Assembly: GCF_042684865.1 (NCBI RefSeq)
Contig: NZ_JBHUML010000005.1
Span: forward strand, 204,186-228,185
Reading direction: 5' to 3'
DNA from: Salibacterium lacus
GTDB taxonomy: Bacteria; Bacillota; Bacilli; Bacillales; Marinococcaceae
DNA length: 24,000 nucleotides
Below the pieces are notes generated by a model that worked only from the letters and a program-made list of their open reading frames with translations, searched no databases and was not told the origin of the DNA. The translations under genes were made by a program, and so were the position numbers. Shown here piece after piece: positions 16,552-24,000 of this stretch (its first letter is position 1; each line of letters opens with the position of its first letter).

Positions 16552-17807
16552 GATGAATATTTCACTTTGGAGCTTGCATATCTCCTTAGGCAATCATCAA
16601 CTCTTTTTCAAGAGACTGCAGGGACACGCCCTTTTGGGCTTTCTGATAAACATAGAGCAGGAGAGAACGGCGTCTTTCCTTGTCAGCCCGCCAATATCCT
16701 GTAGAGAATTCCTGCTGGTAATGCTGCGCGATAAATGTATAGGCAAGTTGAAGTACCAGCATGTACCGCTTAATAGCAAAAAGGGATCGCAGCCTGTAAT
16801 CCCCCATATAAAGTTTGTCTTTCGTTTCCTGAAAAAAGGTTTCGATGTTCCAGCGTTCAGCGTAGAAAAGCAGGATCTTTTGGGCGGTTAAGCTGGAATC
16901 TGTGCTGAAGAAATAGCGAACCGATGATTCGCTGGGTGCTGTATTCGTAGGCCGGCACGCCAACACTGTTCCCTGGAGTCCGCCTTTCAGCGCCCCGTCA
17001 TAGCGATGAACGTAGTAGGAAGCATCTCCTACGGTGACGATGCAGGATGTTTGGTCTTCCTTTTGTTGCGCCCATTCCCTGACGGGTTGAGAAACGCGGT
17101 CATTCAGCAGAACACGGTTGCTTTTCAGACCTCCGATGAAATGCCATCCACGTTCTTGAATGTAGTCAATTAGGAATGTGGCAGCATACCAGCTGTCTGT
17201 CAGGACATAAATGTCCCGCGTGCCGTCCGGTATTTGATCCATATGGTCCCGGGCCATATCAAGTTTCGAATAGTCTTCTTTTACATAAGGCGTCATGGCA
17301 AAGGGTAGAAAGGAGCCGCGGGCTCCTATCATCGTCGTTACCCACTGATGAGCGTAAATAGGTTTTTCTTGTTTGTGATCAAAGGGATAGGAAGCTCCTT
17401 CTGTCGGTTCCAAAGCCTGTGACGAAGGCTTGGTTTTTGGACAGATGCTGTCATCGATAATAACCATCAAGGGATCCTCGGAAGAGGATATCTGCTGAAC
17501 CTGTTGATAGATAGACCTCTGCAGCTTTCGCTGTACGCCCTGCTCGTTCCACTACCCATATTGAAAAAATCGCGTTACGGATGGGAGGTGGCGGTGCCAG
17601 AAGCTGCTGTTCCGTAGTACGGTCATACTACCATTCCGTCGCTCTTGAATCATCCCCTGCAGGAGGTGGGAAAGATGCCGGTATGCCGGTTTTGGTACAT
17701 GGAGAGACACATTAATACGATTTAAGAAATTGTCGATAGATGATGACTGTGCTACAGTAGACATATGGCAGAATCCCTCTGTGTACGTGATTGGTGGTAC
17801 ATTCATC
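16552..17807 (-). mobile_element. IS4-superfamily (IS701-like) insertion sequence, boundaries approximate
   Basis: Candidate imperfect terminal IRs GATGAATATTTCAC (16552-16565) / GTGGTACATTCATC (17794-17807), matching 11 of 14. Host-like G+C within the AT-rich island. A single transposase reading frame fills the element. Confidence 0.65.
16586..17806 (-). pseudogene. DDE transposase interrupted by one in-frame TAG
   Basis: ORFs 17552..17806 and 16586..17470 are in the same frame (1221 nt = 407 codons), separated only by TAG at 17552-17554 (...FFQYG*WNEQGV...). DDE blocks are VIIDDS, LTDSWY and YAERWNIETFFQETK. Confidence 0.8.
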
Positions 17808-17819
17808 GCATGAGCAGAT

Positions 17820-18176
17820 TTGGAGGATCTGTCTTTTTATAAACATTTATGGAATTTTTTTCTATTAATTATGCAACTTCAGAGTAAAACATTGTTCGGA
17901 AAACCGGATATCGCCATAAAAAAGTATAAGGTTGTAGTTTTCATTGATTCGTGTTTCTGGCACTGCTGTCCCGAGCACGGCAACTTCCCAAAAAGCAATC
18001 AGGATTTCTGGAAACAAAAGCTGCAGCGCAATGTGCAGAGAGATCAAGAAGTGAATGATTATTACAATGCTGTCAACTGGAATATAAAGAGGGTATGGGA
18101 ACACGAGGTGAAACAGGATTTAGACCAAGTGATTGATGAACTCAGCGGATTTATCGAATCCTGTAAAAATCATTGA
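17820..18176 (+). pseudogene. vsr: vsr remnant (N-terminally truncated very-short-patch repair endonuclease)
   Basis: GKPDIAIKKYKVVVFIDSCFWHCCPEHG, FWKQKLQRNVQRD, NWNIKRVWEHE align with the intact Vsr at 9691. The ~20-aa N-terminal SxxMxxIKxxNTKPE block is absent and the sequence begins 13 bp after the IS end. There is no ATG/SD, only a TTG. Confidence 0.75.
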
Positions 18177-18296
18177 TTCATTCTGAACCTTATTTCAACG
18201 TTTTATGCACCATTTAAAGTGGCGCACCCCATTTCTCCCCGGTTTTTTAGTACGACATCCCTCGCTGATTCAATAACTTCTCCAGCATTTCTTATT

Positions 18297-18599
18297 TTAA
18301 TTACGCTGATATGTCTTATGTATACTAATAACCAATCTATAAACCCCCGCTCCTCCCAGATAGGCAGCGAGGTCGAGCGGATCGCTGGTACTTCCCGGGA
18401 CGTAAAACGGAGCCGCGTATTCCCAGAACAGGCCGGCACCAGCTGTGACGGCGATCTGGAACGCTCCGTTGTAGATAAGCTGGTGCGGGCGGTAACGGCT
18501 GATACCAGCGAGAATCTGCAGAACCGCGATCATGAACCAGCCGGCGAGCGCATCGTTGGCATAGAACTGGTACCACGACGGAAGATGGGTGTCCCCCAT
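18297..18599 (-). CDS. integral membrane protein, function unknown (possibly the 3' part of a frameshifted gene)
   Basis: Open frame 18297..18704. The first plausible start is ATG 18599, with a weak SD. Hydrophobic segments, ending ...SDPLDLAAYLGGAGVY. The last ~12 codons are AT-rich. Confidence 0.5.
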   Translation of the reverse strand: MGDTHLPSWYQFYANDALAGWFMIAVLQILAGISRYRPHQLIYNGAFQIAVTAGAGLFWEYAAPFYVPGSTSDPLDLAAYLGGAGVYRLVISIHKTYQRN

Positions 18600-18649
18600 C
18601 CATTCATGACAAATATAAAGTACAGCTATCAGCAGCAGCGACACGCCGT

Positions 18650-18856
18650 TTATAGAAAAGATGCTATGATAATGGCAACAACAACGGCTCCTACAATACC
18701 CCAAAACCCCAGGCCCTGTCCTTCCCGTTCCGGTCGCGGCGGTGGCGGTGGTGACGCCTGGTTTCTCAACGGATGGCCGCAGTTCGGGCAGGTCCTTGCC
18801 TGCAGTGATACGTCGTGATCACATGCCGGACATTTTGTTAATTGGTTCTGACTCAT
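18650..18856 (-). CDS. zinc-ribbon protein with C-terminal transmembrane anchor
   Basis: CPACDH...CPNCGH zinc ribbon, a Pro-rich linker, then TM GFWGIVGAVVVAIIIASFL. ATG 18856 is preceded by GGTGA with 5-nt spacing. Confidence 0.65.
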   Translation of the reverse strand: MSQNQLTKCPACDHDVSLQARTCPNCGHPLRNQASPPPPPRPEREGQGLGFWGIVGAVVVAIIIASFL

Positions 18857-19027
18857 TTGGTTCACCTACTATGTAAAAATCGGTATCATACACATCTTAC
18901 CAGATCAATTGATTGGTGACGATTCTTTTAAAAAAGACGTTTAAACGATTTTTTAAAGGGGAAAAATATTTTAGATCTGTTTGGTTTCATTACCTAACAT
19001 AACTATTATTACGTTGGAGTGTCAGTT

Positions 19028-19870
19028 ATGGATGTTGTTTATCAGGAAGGGCAGAATATACGGGCGTTTCTGGAAGCGAACCAGAATATATTTGAAGAAC
19101 AACTGCTGCAGGAAGCGGGGGATGTCCGGGAAAAGATTGAGGAAATTCAGCGGATTGGGAACATTGATTTGATTGCGAATGCGCATAAACTCGTGCGTTA
19201 CATCATCGATCAGCACGAAGAGGATTTAATCGCTTTTTCGGAACAGGAAGGCGAGGCGTGGGCGAAGTATTCGCTGACGCTGACATTCAAACTGGAATGG
19301 GTGCAGGCCATCCGCCGGACGATTTGGCGTTTTGTCGAGCGGTACGAAGAACTGCTTCCGGAACAGCGGGAGACAAAGGATTTTTTCGCGCTCGAGAAGC
19401 GGATTAACGATTTTGTGGACAAGTTTTTAAATTCATTTTTCCTTAGTTATTCGAGGTATAAAGACCGGCTGCTGGAATCGCAGCAGCAGCTTGTCGAAAA
19501 TCTGTCGGTACCGTTCATTCCGGTAAGTGCGTCCATGTGTGTGCTGCCGCTTATCGGCAAGCTTGATCTGGAGCGGATGAACATTATTGAAGAAAAAGTT
19601 CTGATGCAGATCAGCGACCAGGGGATTAAGATTCTGCTTATCGATCTCTCCGGCATTGCCCATATCGAAGGAGATGTGGCAGAGCGCCTCATCCGGGTCA
19701 TCGACGGCATACATATCATGGGAAGCCAGGCGGTCATTACAGGAATGCGTCCGGAAGCGGCCCGGAAGATGATAGAGTTGGGTATCAATTTTGAAGGCAA
19801 GGTGGAAACAAAAGGAAGCCTGCAGCAGGCACTCTCCGATTACTTTGTTTCAACAGCCGAAGAACTGTAA
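19028..19870 (+). CDS. RsbR-like stressosome protein (N-terminal sensor domain plus C-terminal STAS domain)
   Basis: STAS region VPFIPVSASMCVLPLIGKLDLERMNIIEEKVLMQISDQGIKILLIDLSGIAHIEGDVAERLIRVIDGIHIMGSQAVITGMRPEAARKM. GGAG lies 8 nt before ATG 19028. Confidence 0.9.
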   Translation: MDVVYQEGQNIRAFLEANQNIFEEQLLQEAGDVREKIEEIQRIGNIDLIANAHKLVRYIIDQHEEDLIAFSEQEGEAWAKYSLTLTFKLEWVQAIRRTIWRFVERYEELLPEQRETKDFFALEKRINDFVDKFLNSFFLSYSRYKDRLLESQQQLVENLSVPFIPVSASMCVLPLIGKLDLERMNIIEEKVLMQISDQGIKILLIDLSGIAHIEGDVAERLIRVIDGIHIMGSQAVITGMRPEAARKMIELGINFEGKVETKGSLQQALSDYFVSTAEEL

Positions 19871-19874
19871 TAAA

Positions 19875-19916
19875 AGCGGCGGGTTGTGCATTAAACACAG
19901 CCCTCCGCTTTTTTCT
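19875..19916 (+). terminator. rho-independent terminator of the RsbR-like gene
   Basis: AGCGGCGGGTTGTG (19875-19888) pairs with CACAGCCCTCCGCT (19896-19909), 12 of 14 paired, followed by TTTTTT. Confidence 0.8.
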
Positions 19917-19936
19917 TCAGAGAACAAGGAAATGGT

Positions 19937-20116
19937 TCACCTTTCCTCATCGAGAAATATGTGTTTAGCCGTCACGTTGGCATAGTATAATCCAAACAAA
20001 TATAAATAAATGAATATATTGGAAGACGTATAGTAAATATATATGCCAATCGCTGCAAGAATAACCGTTATGATATTTATTGTATGTTTTATCATTCTTT
20101 CCAACACCTTAAACAT
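19937..20116 (-). CDS. small membrane protein (59 aa)
   Basis: Two hydrophobic segments. ATG 20116 overlaps the stop of the upstream gene (ATGTTTAA), suggesting translational coupling. AT-rich. Confidence 0.5.
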   Translation of the reverse strand: MFKVLERMIKHTINIITVILAAIGIYIYYTSSNIFIYLYLFGLYYANVTAKHIFLDEER

Positions 20117-20348
20117 CCATGATAAGAATGGTGATGATGGTAACAAAAATCCCCAACGCCATATACAGAATCATCTCTTTCCATTGTTTTTTTCTGTAGG
20201 ACAGAAAAATTAATACAACAGATGTCATGAAATAAATGATATTCATCGTAACGTAATCCTGAGTCTCCTCCATCTGACCAGCGGAAGAATAGAGAGCTGT
20301 ATAACCTATAAGAACTTGAGTGACAAACAGTAAGAAAAAAAGAAACAT
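20109..20348 (-). CDS. small membrane protein (79 aa)
   Basis: AGGAG lies 7 nt before ATG 20348. Three hydrophobic segments. AT-rich. Confidence 0.6.
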   Translation of the reverse strand: MFLFFLLFVTQVLIGYTALYSSAGQMEETQDYVTMNIIYFMTSVVLIFLSYRKKQWKEMILYMALGIFVTIITILIMDV

Positions 20349-20370
20349 AGCAGTACTCCTATATATCAAA

Positions 20371-20392
20371 GTTGGCGGTTTAAACCGCCAAC
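20371..20392 (-). terminator. perfect 22-bp palindromic hairpin (terminator/attenuator-like)
   Basis: GTTGGCGGTTTAAACCGCCAAC lies between the stop of the 192-aa gene (20403) and the next start (20348). Only a short T-run (TTT) follows on the minus strand. Confidence 0.5.
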
Positions 20393-20402
20393 TTACATTT
20401 TA

Positions 20403-20981
20403 TCAAATTGGTAGTACTAGTGTAATAGTTTTTGCAATGATATCTGCTGCCCATTTAGGGATTGCAGAAGTATCAGTTATTGCGTTAGAAATAGCTTCTT
20501 CAACACTCTCTACAATCCCTACATAGTGTTCCATTGCATTTATAATACTAACAATTGACACTGTTTCTTTCCAATTTTCTTTCACTTTGTCTTTGACAAA
20601 TGGAATTTTTTCAATTCCATCATCTATTGCGTGGTCAATTTTAATTTTATTCTTTTTCATGTAATCTATAGCTGCTTTAACAGCTATACTGCCTTTACTT
20701 TTAGGCTCAATTTGTGGAGGCTCTTTTTCAGCTTGAATGTGTGAATTTAATTCTTCAAATGATTTTTCAGCTTCGAGTGCATCTTCTTTAGTCATACCTA
20801 AAGAAATTGCTTTGTCCACATTGAATTCAAAACCAGAGTAGTTAGTTTCAAGACTCATTGAAACAATTTCTTCTTTTGAATAATCCATAGATGCATTTTG
20901 TGCAGCTGACACAGTAGGAGTCAAAACGGACAGCATCATGACAAAAATCATAAAGGATACGGCCAATCTCTTACTGAACAA
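20403..20981 (-). CDS. secreted protein, function unknown
   Basis: Sec signal peptide (M)FSKRLAVSFMIFVMMLSVLTPTVSA-AQ. The mature part is Lys/Glu-rich and predicted helical, with a hydrophobic C-terminus (IPKWAADIIAKTITLVLPI). The start is uncertain: TTG 20981 lies 19 nt from AAGGAGGG. Confidence 0.7.
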   Translation of the reverse strand: MFSKRLAVSFMIFVMMLSVLTPTVSAAQNASMDYSKEEIVSMSLETNYSGFEFNVDKAISLGMTKEDALEAEKSFEELNSHIQAEKEPPQIEPKSKGSIAVKAAIDYMKKNKIKIDHAIDDGIEKIPFVKDKVKENWKETVSIVSIINAMEHYVGIVESVEEAISNAITDTSAIPKWAADIIAKTITLVLPI

Positions 20982-21174
20982 TGTTTTAAAGATAACAAAT
21001 CCCTCCTTTATTTTTTACATTTAAATCCTATCAAAGAATTTTATTACTTTCAATACATTTAATAGAATATTATTGTTTTTTTACAAACTATATATGATTT
21101 ATGATAGTACTCTGATCTGCAGTTGGCTCCGGCTCCCTATGCCGCCTCGGTCTCCGTATTCCGCTTTTATTCCT

Positions 21175-21516
21175 TCACAACACAAACAACAAGATACATA
21201 CCAATCCCAATACCAGCGTCAACAGGGTCGTCACCGGGTATCTTGCATCCCGGAGGAAGATCTGCTCCATCACAGCCTGGTAGAGAAGCAGCACGGTCAG
21301 AAATCCTGTCCAGAATCCAGGACTTTCCCGTCCGGGCTCAGACTGCAGGACAGTGAAAACAATCACAATTCCCACCGCTGCTATAATGCCGATTCCTGTC
21401 AGATAAATCATTTTCCCTGACGTCTCTTTTATTTTTCTACGTTCTTTTCCTATCATCATTCGGCCAAGTATTTCATACACGACGGCCATCACGCCGAGGA
21501 CCACGGTGATTCCCAT
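21175..21516 (-). CDS. small membrane protein, paralogue 1 (possibly DUF4181-like)
   Basis: Strong SD GGAGAGGGGAG. 113 aa. Shares GK(E/D)R, GK.IY.TGI, LYQA.ME, (A/P)RY, TLLTL and IL(L/F)FVL with the ORF at 21795..22124. Confidence 0.75.
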   Translation of the reverse strand: MGITVVLGVMAVVYEILGRMMIGKERRKIKETSGKMIYLTGIGIIAAVGIVIVFTVLQSEPGRESPGFWTGFLTVLLLYQAVMEQIFLRDARYPVTTLLTLVLGLVCILLFVL

Positions 21517-21558
21517 AGATTACTCCCCTCTCCTGCGTTTCCGCGGACTTTCCTGCTG

Positions 21559-21768
21559 TTATGTATTCTCGGAATCTTTTATTGTATCGTTCTCCGCACG
21601 TGTGTCACTGTCGAATACGTCACCATAGTGATCCCGGGGCCTCTCCGGAATGCCAAGTTCTTTTTTGATAATACCAATCTCTTCAATAATAATCCTTGTG
21701 TTGATCCAGGCGGCGATGGATCCGGTAATAGCAAGAATGGCAACCATCGTAATGATCACATGGAACAT
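21559..21768 (-). CDS. small single-pass membrane protein with acidic C-terminus (69 aa)
   Basis: AGGAGG upstream with ~11-nt spacing. N-terminal TM VIITMVAILAITGSIAAWI. Confidence 0.55.
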   Translation of the reverse strand: MFHVIITMVAILAITGSIAAWINTRIIIEEIGIIKKELGIPERPRDHYGDVFDSDTRAENDTIKDSENT

Positions 21769-21794
21769 AATATCCCCGCCCTCCTTTTAAACAG

Positions 21795-22124
21795 TTACAG
21801 AACGAAAAACAGAATGTACACAAGCGCCGCAGCCAGGGTCAAAAGCGTGACGATGTAATACCTCGGGTCCGGAAGATACAATCGCTCCATCAGTGCCTGA
21901 TACAGCATAACGCTGATCATAAGAAGCGTCCCGAATGCGATATCTGCTTTCGCTTCCATAGCAGCAAAGACAACTAAGCCCGTAATCACCAGTACGGTGA
22001 TGCCCGTATAATAGATGGTTTTTCCGTCTGTATCACCGACATTTTCTCTATCTTTTCCCATTACGGCCCGGGCCAGTGTCTGATGGACAATTGGAACTAT
22101 CGTGATAAGCAGGCTCCAGGTCAT
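21795..22124 (-). CDS. small membrane protein, paralogue 2 (possibly DUF4181-like)
   Basis: 109 aa, SD AAAAGGAAGGA. Collinear similarity to the ORF at 21175..21516 along its full length. Confidence 0.75.
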   Translation of the reverse strand: MTWSLLITIVPIVHQTLARAVMGKDRENVGDTDGKTIYYTGITVLVITGLVVFAAMEAKADIAFGTLLMISVMLYQALMERLYLPDPRYYIVTLLTLAAALVYILFFVL

Positions 22125-22349
22125 ACCAATCCTTCCTTTTCCATACGGATTCCATATTTCATTATTTCAGCAGATGGCTGGAAATTCAATATCTATGTGG
22201 AAAAGGAAAAATTCGTGGAAGAAAAACACATGTGCCATTCATTCCTAATACATTTCGTTTGAAATTTTGTTGTAGGGTGGTAAATTAGTTTGGTCCTCAG
22301 TAAATAATTTACTGAAAATCACCAATGAACAGCAATCGGAATCAGCTGG

Positions 22350-23027
22350 ATGGGTGTAATGATTGCATTAGCCAATTTCCAAAATAAGTTCAATACGTGG
22401 AATGGTGCAGATAATTCTACTATTAAACGGGTGAATGAAGATATTGCGACAGATATGCAGCGAAATGTTAAACCGCTCCAGCTGCCGCAGCTGTTTGGCA
22501 TTTTAGGAATTGGGATGGCAGGTTCTTATATCATTCGTGTACTTGCAGGTATGGACTTTATTCCAAAAAGTGATATTATGAGCACGTCCACCTGGTCGTT
22601 TATTATCATTACGGCTGTTGGAATCGCTCTTTCCTTCACAAAAGTAAGAAACCTCGAATACTACGGGGCCAGTAAGATCGGTTATTTAGGAATATTTTTA
22701 TACTTACCCGGTATCGGGGCACAGGCGAATTTAGCAGATATTGTGCAGTCCCCGCAATTCCTGCTGATGGGCGTAGTTTGGTTGTCCATCCATATCCTTT
22801 GCATCTTTGGTGCTGCCAGATTATTAAAAGCCCCGCTCTTCTTCGTGGCTGTCGGATCCCAGGGGAATATCGGCGGAACCAGTTCTGCCCCGATTGTGGC
22901 TTCGGTCTTCCAGCCGGCGTTGGCGCCTATTGGACTACTCATGGGTATTTTAGGTAACGTTGTCGGAATCTATGCCTATGCCGCCTTACTATGTGGACAG
23001 CTCGCACGCATGGTCGCAGGAGGCTAG
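22350..23027 (+). CDS. DUF819-family membrane protein, C-terminal half only (probably a 5'-truncated pseudogene)
   Basis: ...FVAVGSQGNIGGTSSAPIVASVF...GLLMGILGNVVGIYA... resembles the C-terminal half of ~400-aa DUF819 proteins. In-frame TGA at 22326-22328. No SD before ATG 22350 and no ORF for the N-terminal half. Confidence 0.55.
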   Translation: MGVMIALANFQNKFNTWNGADNSTIKRVNEDIATDMQRNVKPLQLPQLFGILGIGMAGSYIIRVLAGMDFIPKSDIMSTSTWSFIIITAVGIALSFTKVRNLEYYGASKIGYLGIFLYLPGIGAQANLADIVQSPQFLLMGVVWLSIHILCIFGAARLLKAPLFFVAVGSQGNIGGTSSAPIVASVFQPALAPIGLLMGILGNVVGIYAYAALLCGQLARMVAGG

Positions 23028-23214
23028 GCAGAAAGCCGCCAGCTTATCGAGTGATTCAGCCGATCACTAACAAAATGATCCCGTAATCATGGAGACGGCC
23101 ATGATTACGGGATCGTTTTTTACGGCTTGGTCACGATAACATGAAACACATGACACCCTCCCCTATTTCACCTTCTCCCAAGGAAAACTCCTGTCTGCAA
23201 AGAAGAATCCGGCC

Positions 23215-23526
23215 TTAGCGAAGGGCGTCATCCATACCAAACAGCAGTCCCATGATCATAGGCACCAGTAAATAATAGAGACCCAGGAGGAAAGGAGACC
23301 CGATTCCTATATATTTTTTCTTCTCCGGCTCCCCTCGGAAAAGGGCTGTAAGTCCACTTATAAATCCCAAAACCATCAAAAATAAACCTAACTTAAACAA
23401 CCATTCTATCAGAAAGGCGGTTAAACCTTGTGGTACATCCGGCGCTGCGTAGCTGAGCATATAAAAAAAGAAACCCGTTATGCTTGTTAAAGCAGCCCAG
23501 AAGCTGTACGTTTTACTGCCTATCAT
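23215..23526 (-). CDS. small membrane protein, function unknown (103 aa)
   Basis: GGAAGGG lies 7 nt before ATG 23526. Three to four hydrophobic segments. Confidence 0.7.
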   Translation of the reverse strand: MIGSKTYSFWAALTSITGFFFYMLSYAAPDVPQGLTAFLIEWLFKLGLFLMVLGFISGLTALFRGEPEKKKYIGIGSPFLLGLYYLLVPMIMGLLFGMDDALR

Positions 23527-23807
23527 CCCATTATCCCTTCCCCAATCCGCAGAATGTACACCAGACCGGTGGCATATGTCAGCAGGCTGAAAGTATTCCC
23601 CGCCGTCTGCTTTTCTTTCCCTGCCAATACACGGCCCATACCCTTGTGCACCGCCGTCCTAACCGTAAACATCCGTGTCAGATTCATGCGTTTTATTCTT
23701 TTTCATATAGTGGTTTCTTCCAATTGTTTCAACCCTTCCGGTAACAGTCAATGACCATTCTGAGGTTCCATGACTGCTGTTGGGAAAGGGTGCGGGGGGG
23801 CCTGCGG

Positions 23808-24000
23808 TTATACCTCTATATCGTATTCCATTCTCTTCGCTGTTTGTTTCGCAGCCGGTTTCCCGATAAGGCGGGACACCACATGAAAAGACATATTTAT
23901 TCCTGCTGAAATACCGCCGGACGTAATAACAGATCCTTCATCCACGTACTTCACGTCACGCACGACCGATACGGCAGGAAACTCTTTTTCCAACCTGGCT
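23808..24000 (-). CDS. DJ-1/PfpI-family protein, 3' part (the gene continues beyond the window end)
   Basis: C-terminal region ...KYVDEGSVITSGGISAGINMSFHVVSRLIGKPAAKQTAKRMEYD is typical of DJ-1/PfpI (GATase1-like) proteins. The frame is open to position 24000. Confidence 0.8.
   Translation of the reverse strand, partial: ARLEKEFPAVSVVRDVKYVDEGSVITSGGISAGINMSFHVVSRLIGKPAAKQTAKRMEYDIEV

Noticed and set aside
17552-17554. The in-frame TAG in the transposase as programmed read-through or recoding
   Set aside because: No recoding signals are visible, and no pyrrolysine or suppressor context is known for this kind of genome. A simple nonsense mutation is the more economical explanation.
8239-18310. 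Possible att-like direct repeat at the island ends: ATTTTATTACTGAT (8239-8252) versus ATTTTAATTACGCTGAT (18294-18310)
   Set aside because: The match needs three gap positions and lies in AT-rich sequence, so it could easily arise by chance. No integrase is present to give it meaning. It is worth re-examining only if an empty site from a relative supports these junctions.
18219-18818. 199-aa plus-strand ORF
   Set aside because: It is antisense to the zinc-ribbon and membrane ORFs, starts in the AT-rich junction without an SD, and has Arg/Pro/Gly-rich shadow composition.
23523-23687. 54-aa minus-strand ORF whose stop overlaps the start of the 103-aa membrane gene (ATGA)
   Set aside because: The overlap is suggestive of coupling, but no SD precedes any candidate start, an in-frame TGA lies just upstream, and the sequence has only one weak hydrophobic stretch. 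I left it unannotated.

Overview
This is a 24-kb chromosomal window from a Gram-positive, Bacillales-like genome. The evidence for that is GGAGG-type Shine-Dalgarno sites, an RsbR-type STAS protein and an OpuD-like BCCT transporter. The core genes are G+C-rich: membrane and transport proteins, an AraC/GyrI regulator, a UPF0158 protein, an ACR3/BASS-type transporter and an RsbR paralogue. They are interrupted by a visibly AT-richer accessory island of about 10 kb (about 8.2-18.3 kb), which is a restriction/defence island. In order, the island contains: (i) an EcoRII-like module arranged as HTH-fused Dcm-type C5-methyltransferase, Vsr, then EcoRII-family endonuclease; (ii) two small divergent genes of unknown function; (iii) a decayed IS4-family element; (iv) a second C5-methyltransferase translationally coupled to a ~620-aa ABC-type ATPase with a Toprim/DUF4435-like C-terminal region, with no classical restriction endonuclease next to it; (v) a second IS whose transposase carries one in-frame TAG; (vi) a 5'-truncated second vsr. 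Item (iv) is the best candidate for an undescribed R-M-like or OLD/PARIS-like system. Outside the island there are two ~200-bp direct copies (738-957 and 3287-3492) of a terminator hairpin plus an array of 12-14 GAT(T)TCTC-like half-sites phased about every 10.4 bp. The second copy lies directly upstream of a winged-HTH, replication-initiator-like gene. Other features outside the island are a densely palindromic ACGTTT-core intergenic region, a decayed FMN-reductase gene, a small AT-rich cassette (secreted helical protein plus two tiny membrane proteins), paralogous small membrane proteins and a truncated DUF819 gene. I saw no rRNA, tRNA or CRISPR array. All family assignments come from motifs read by eye and need HMM/BLAST confirmation.
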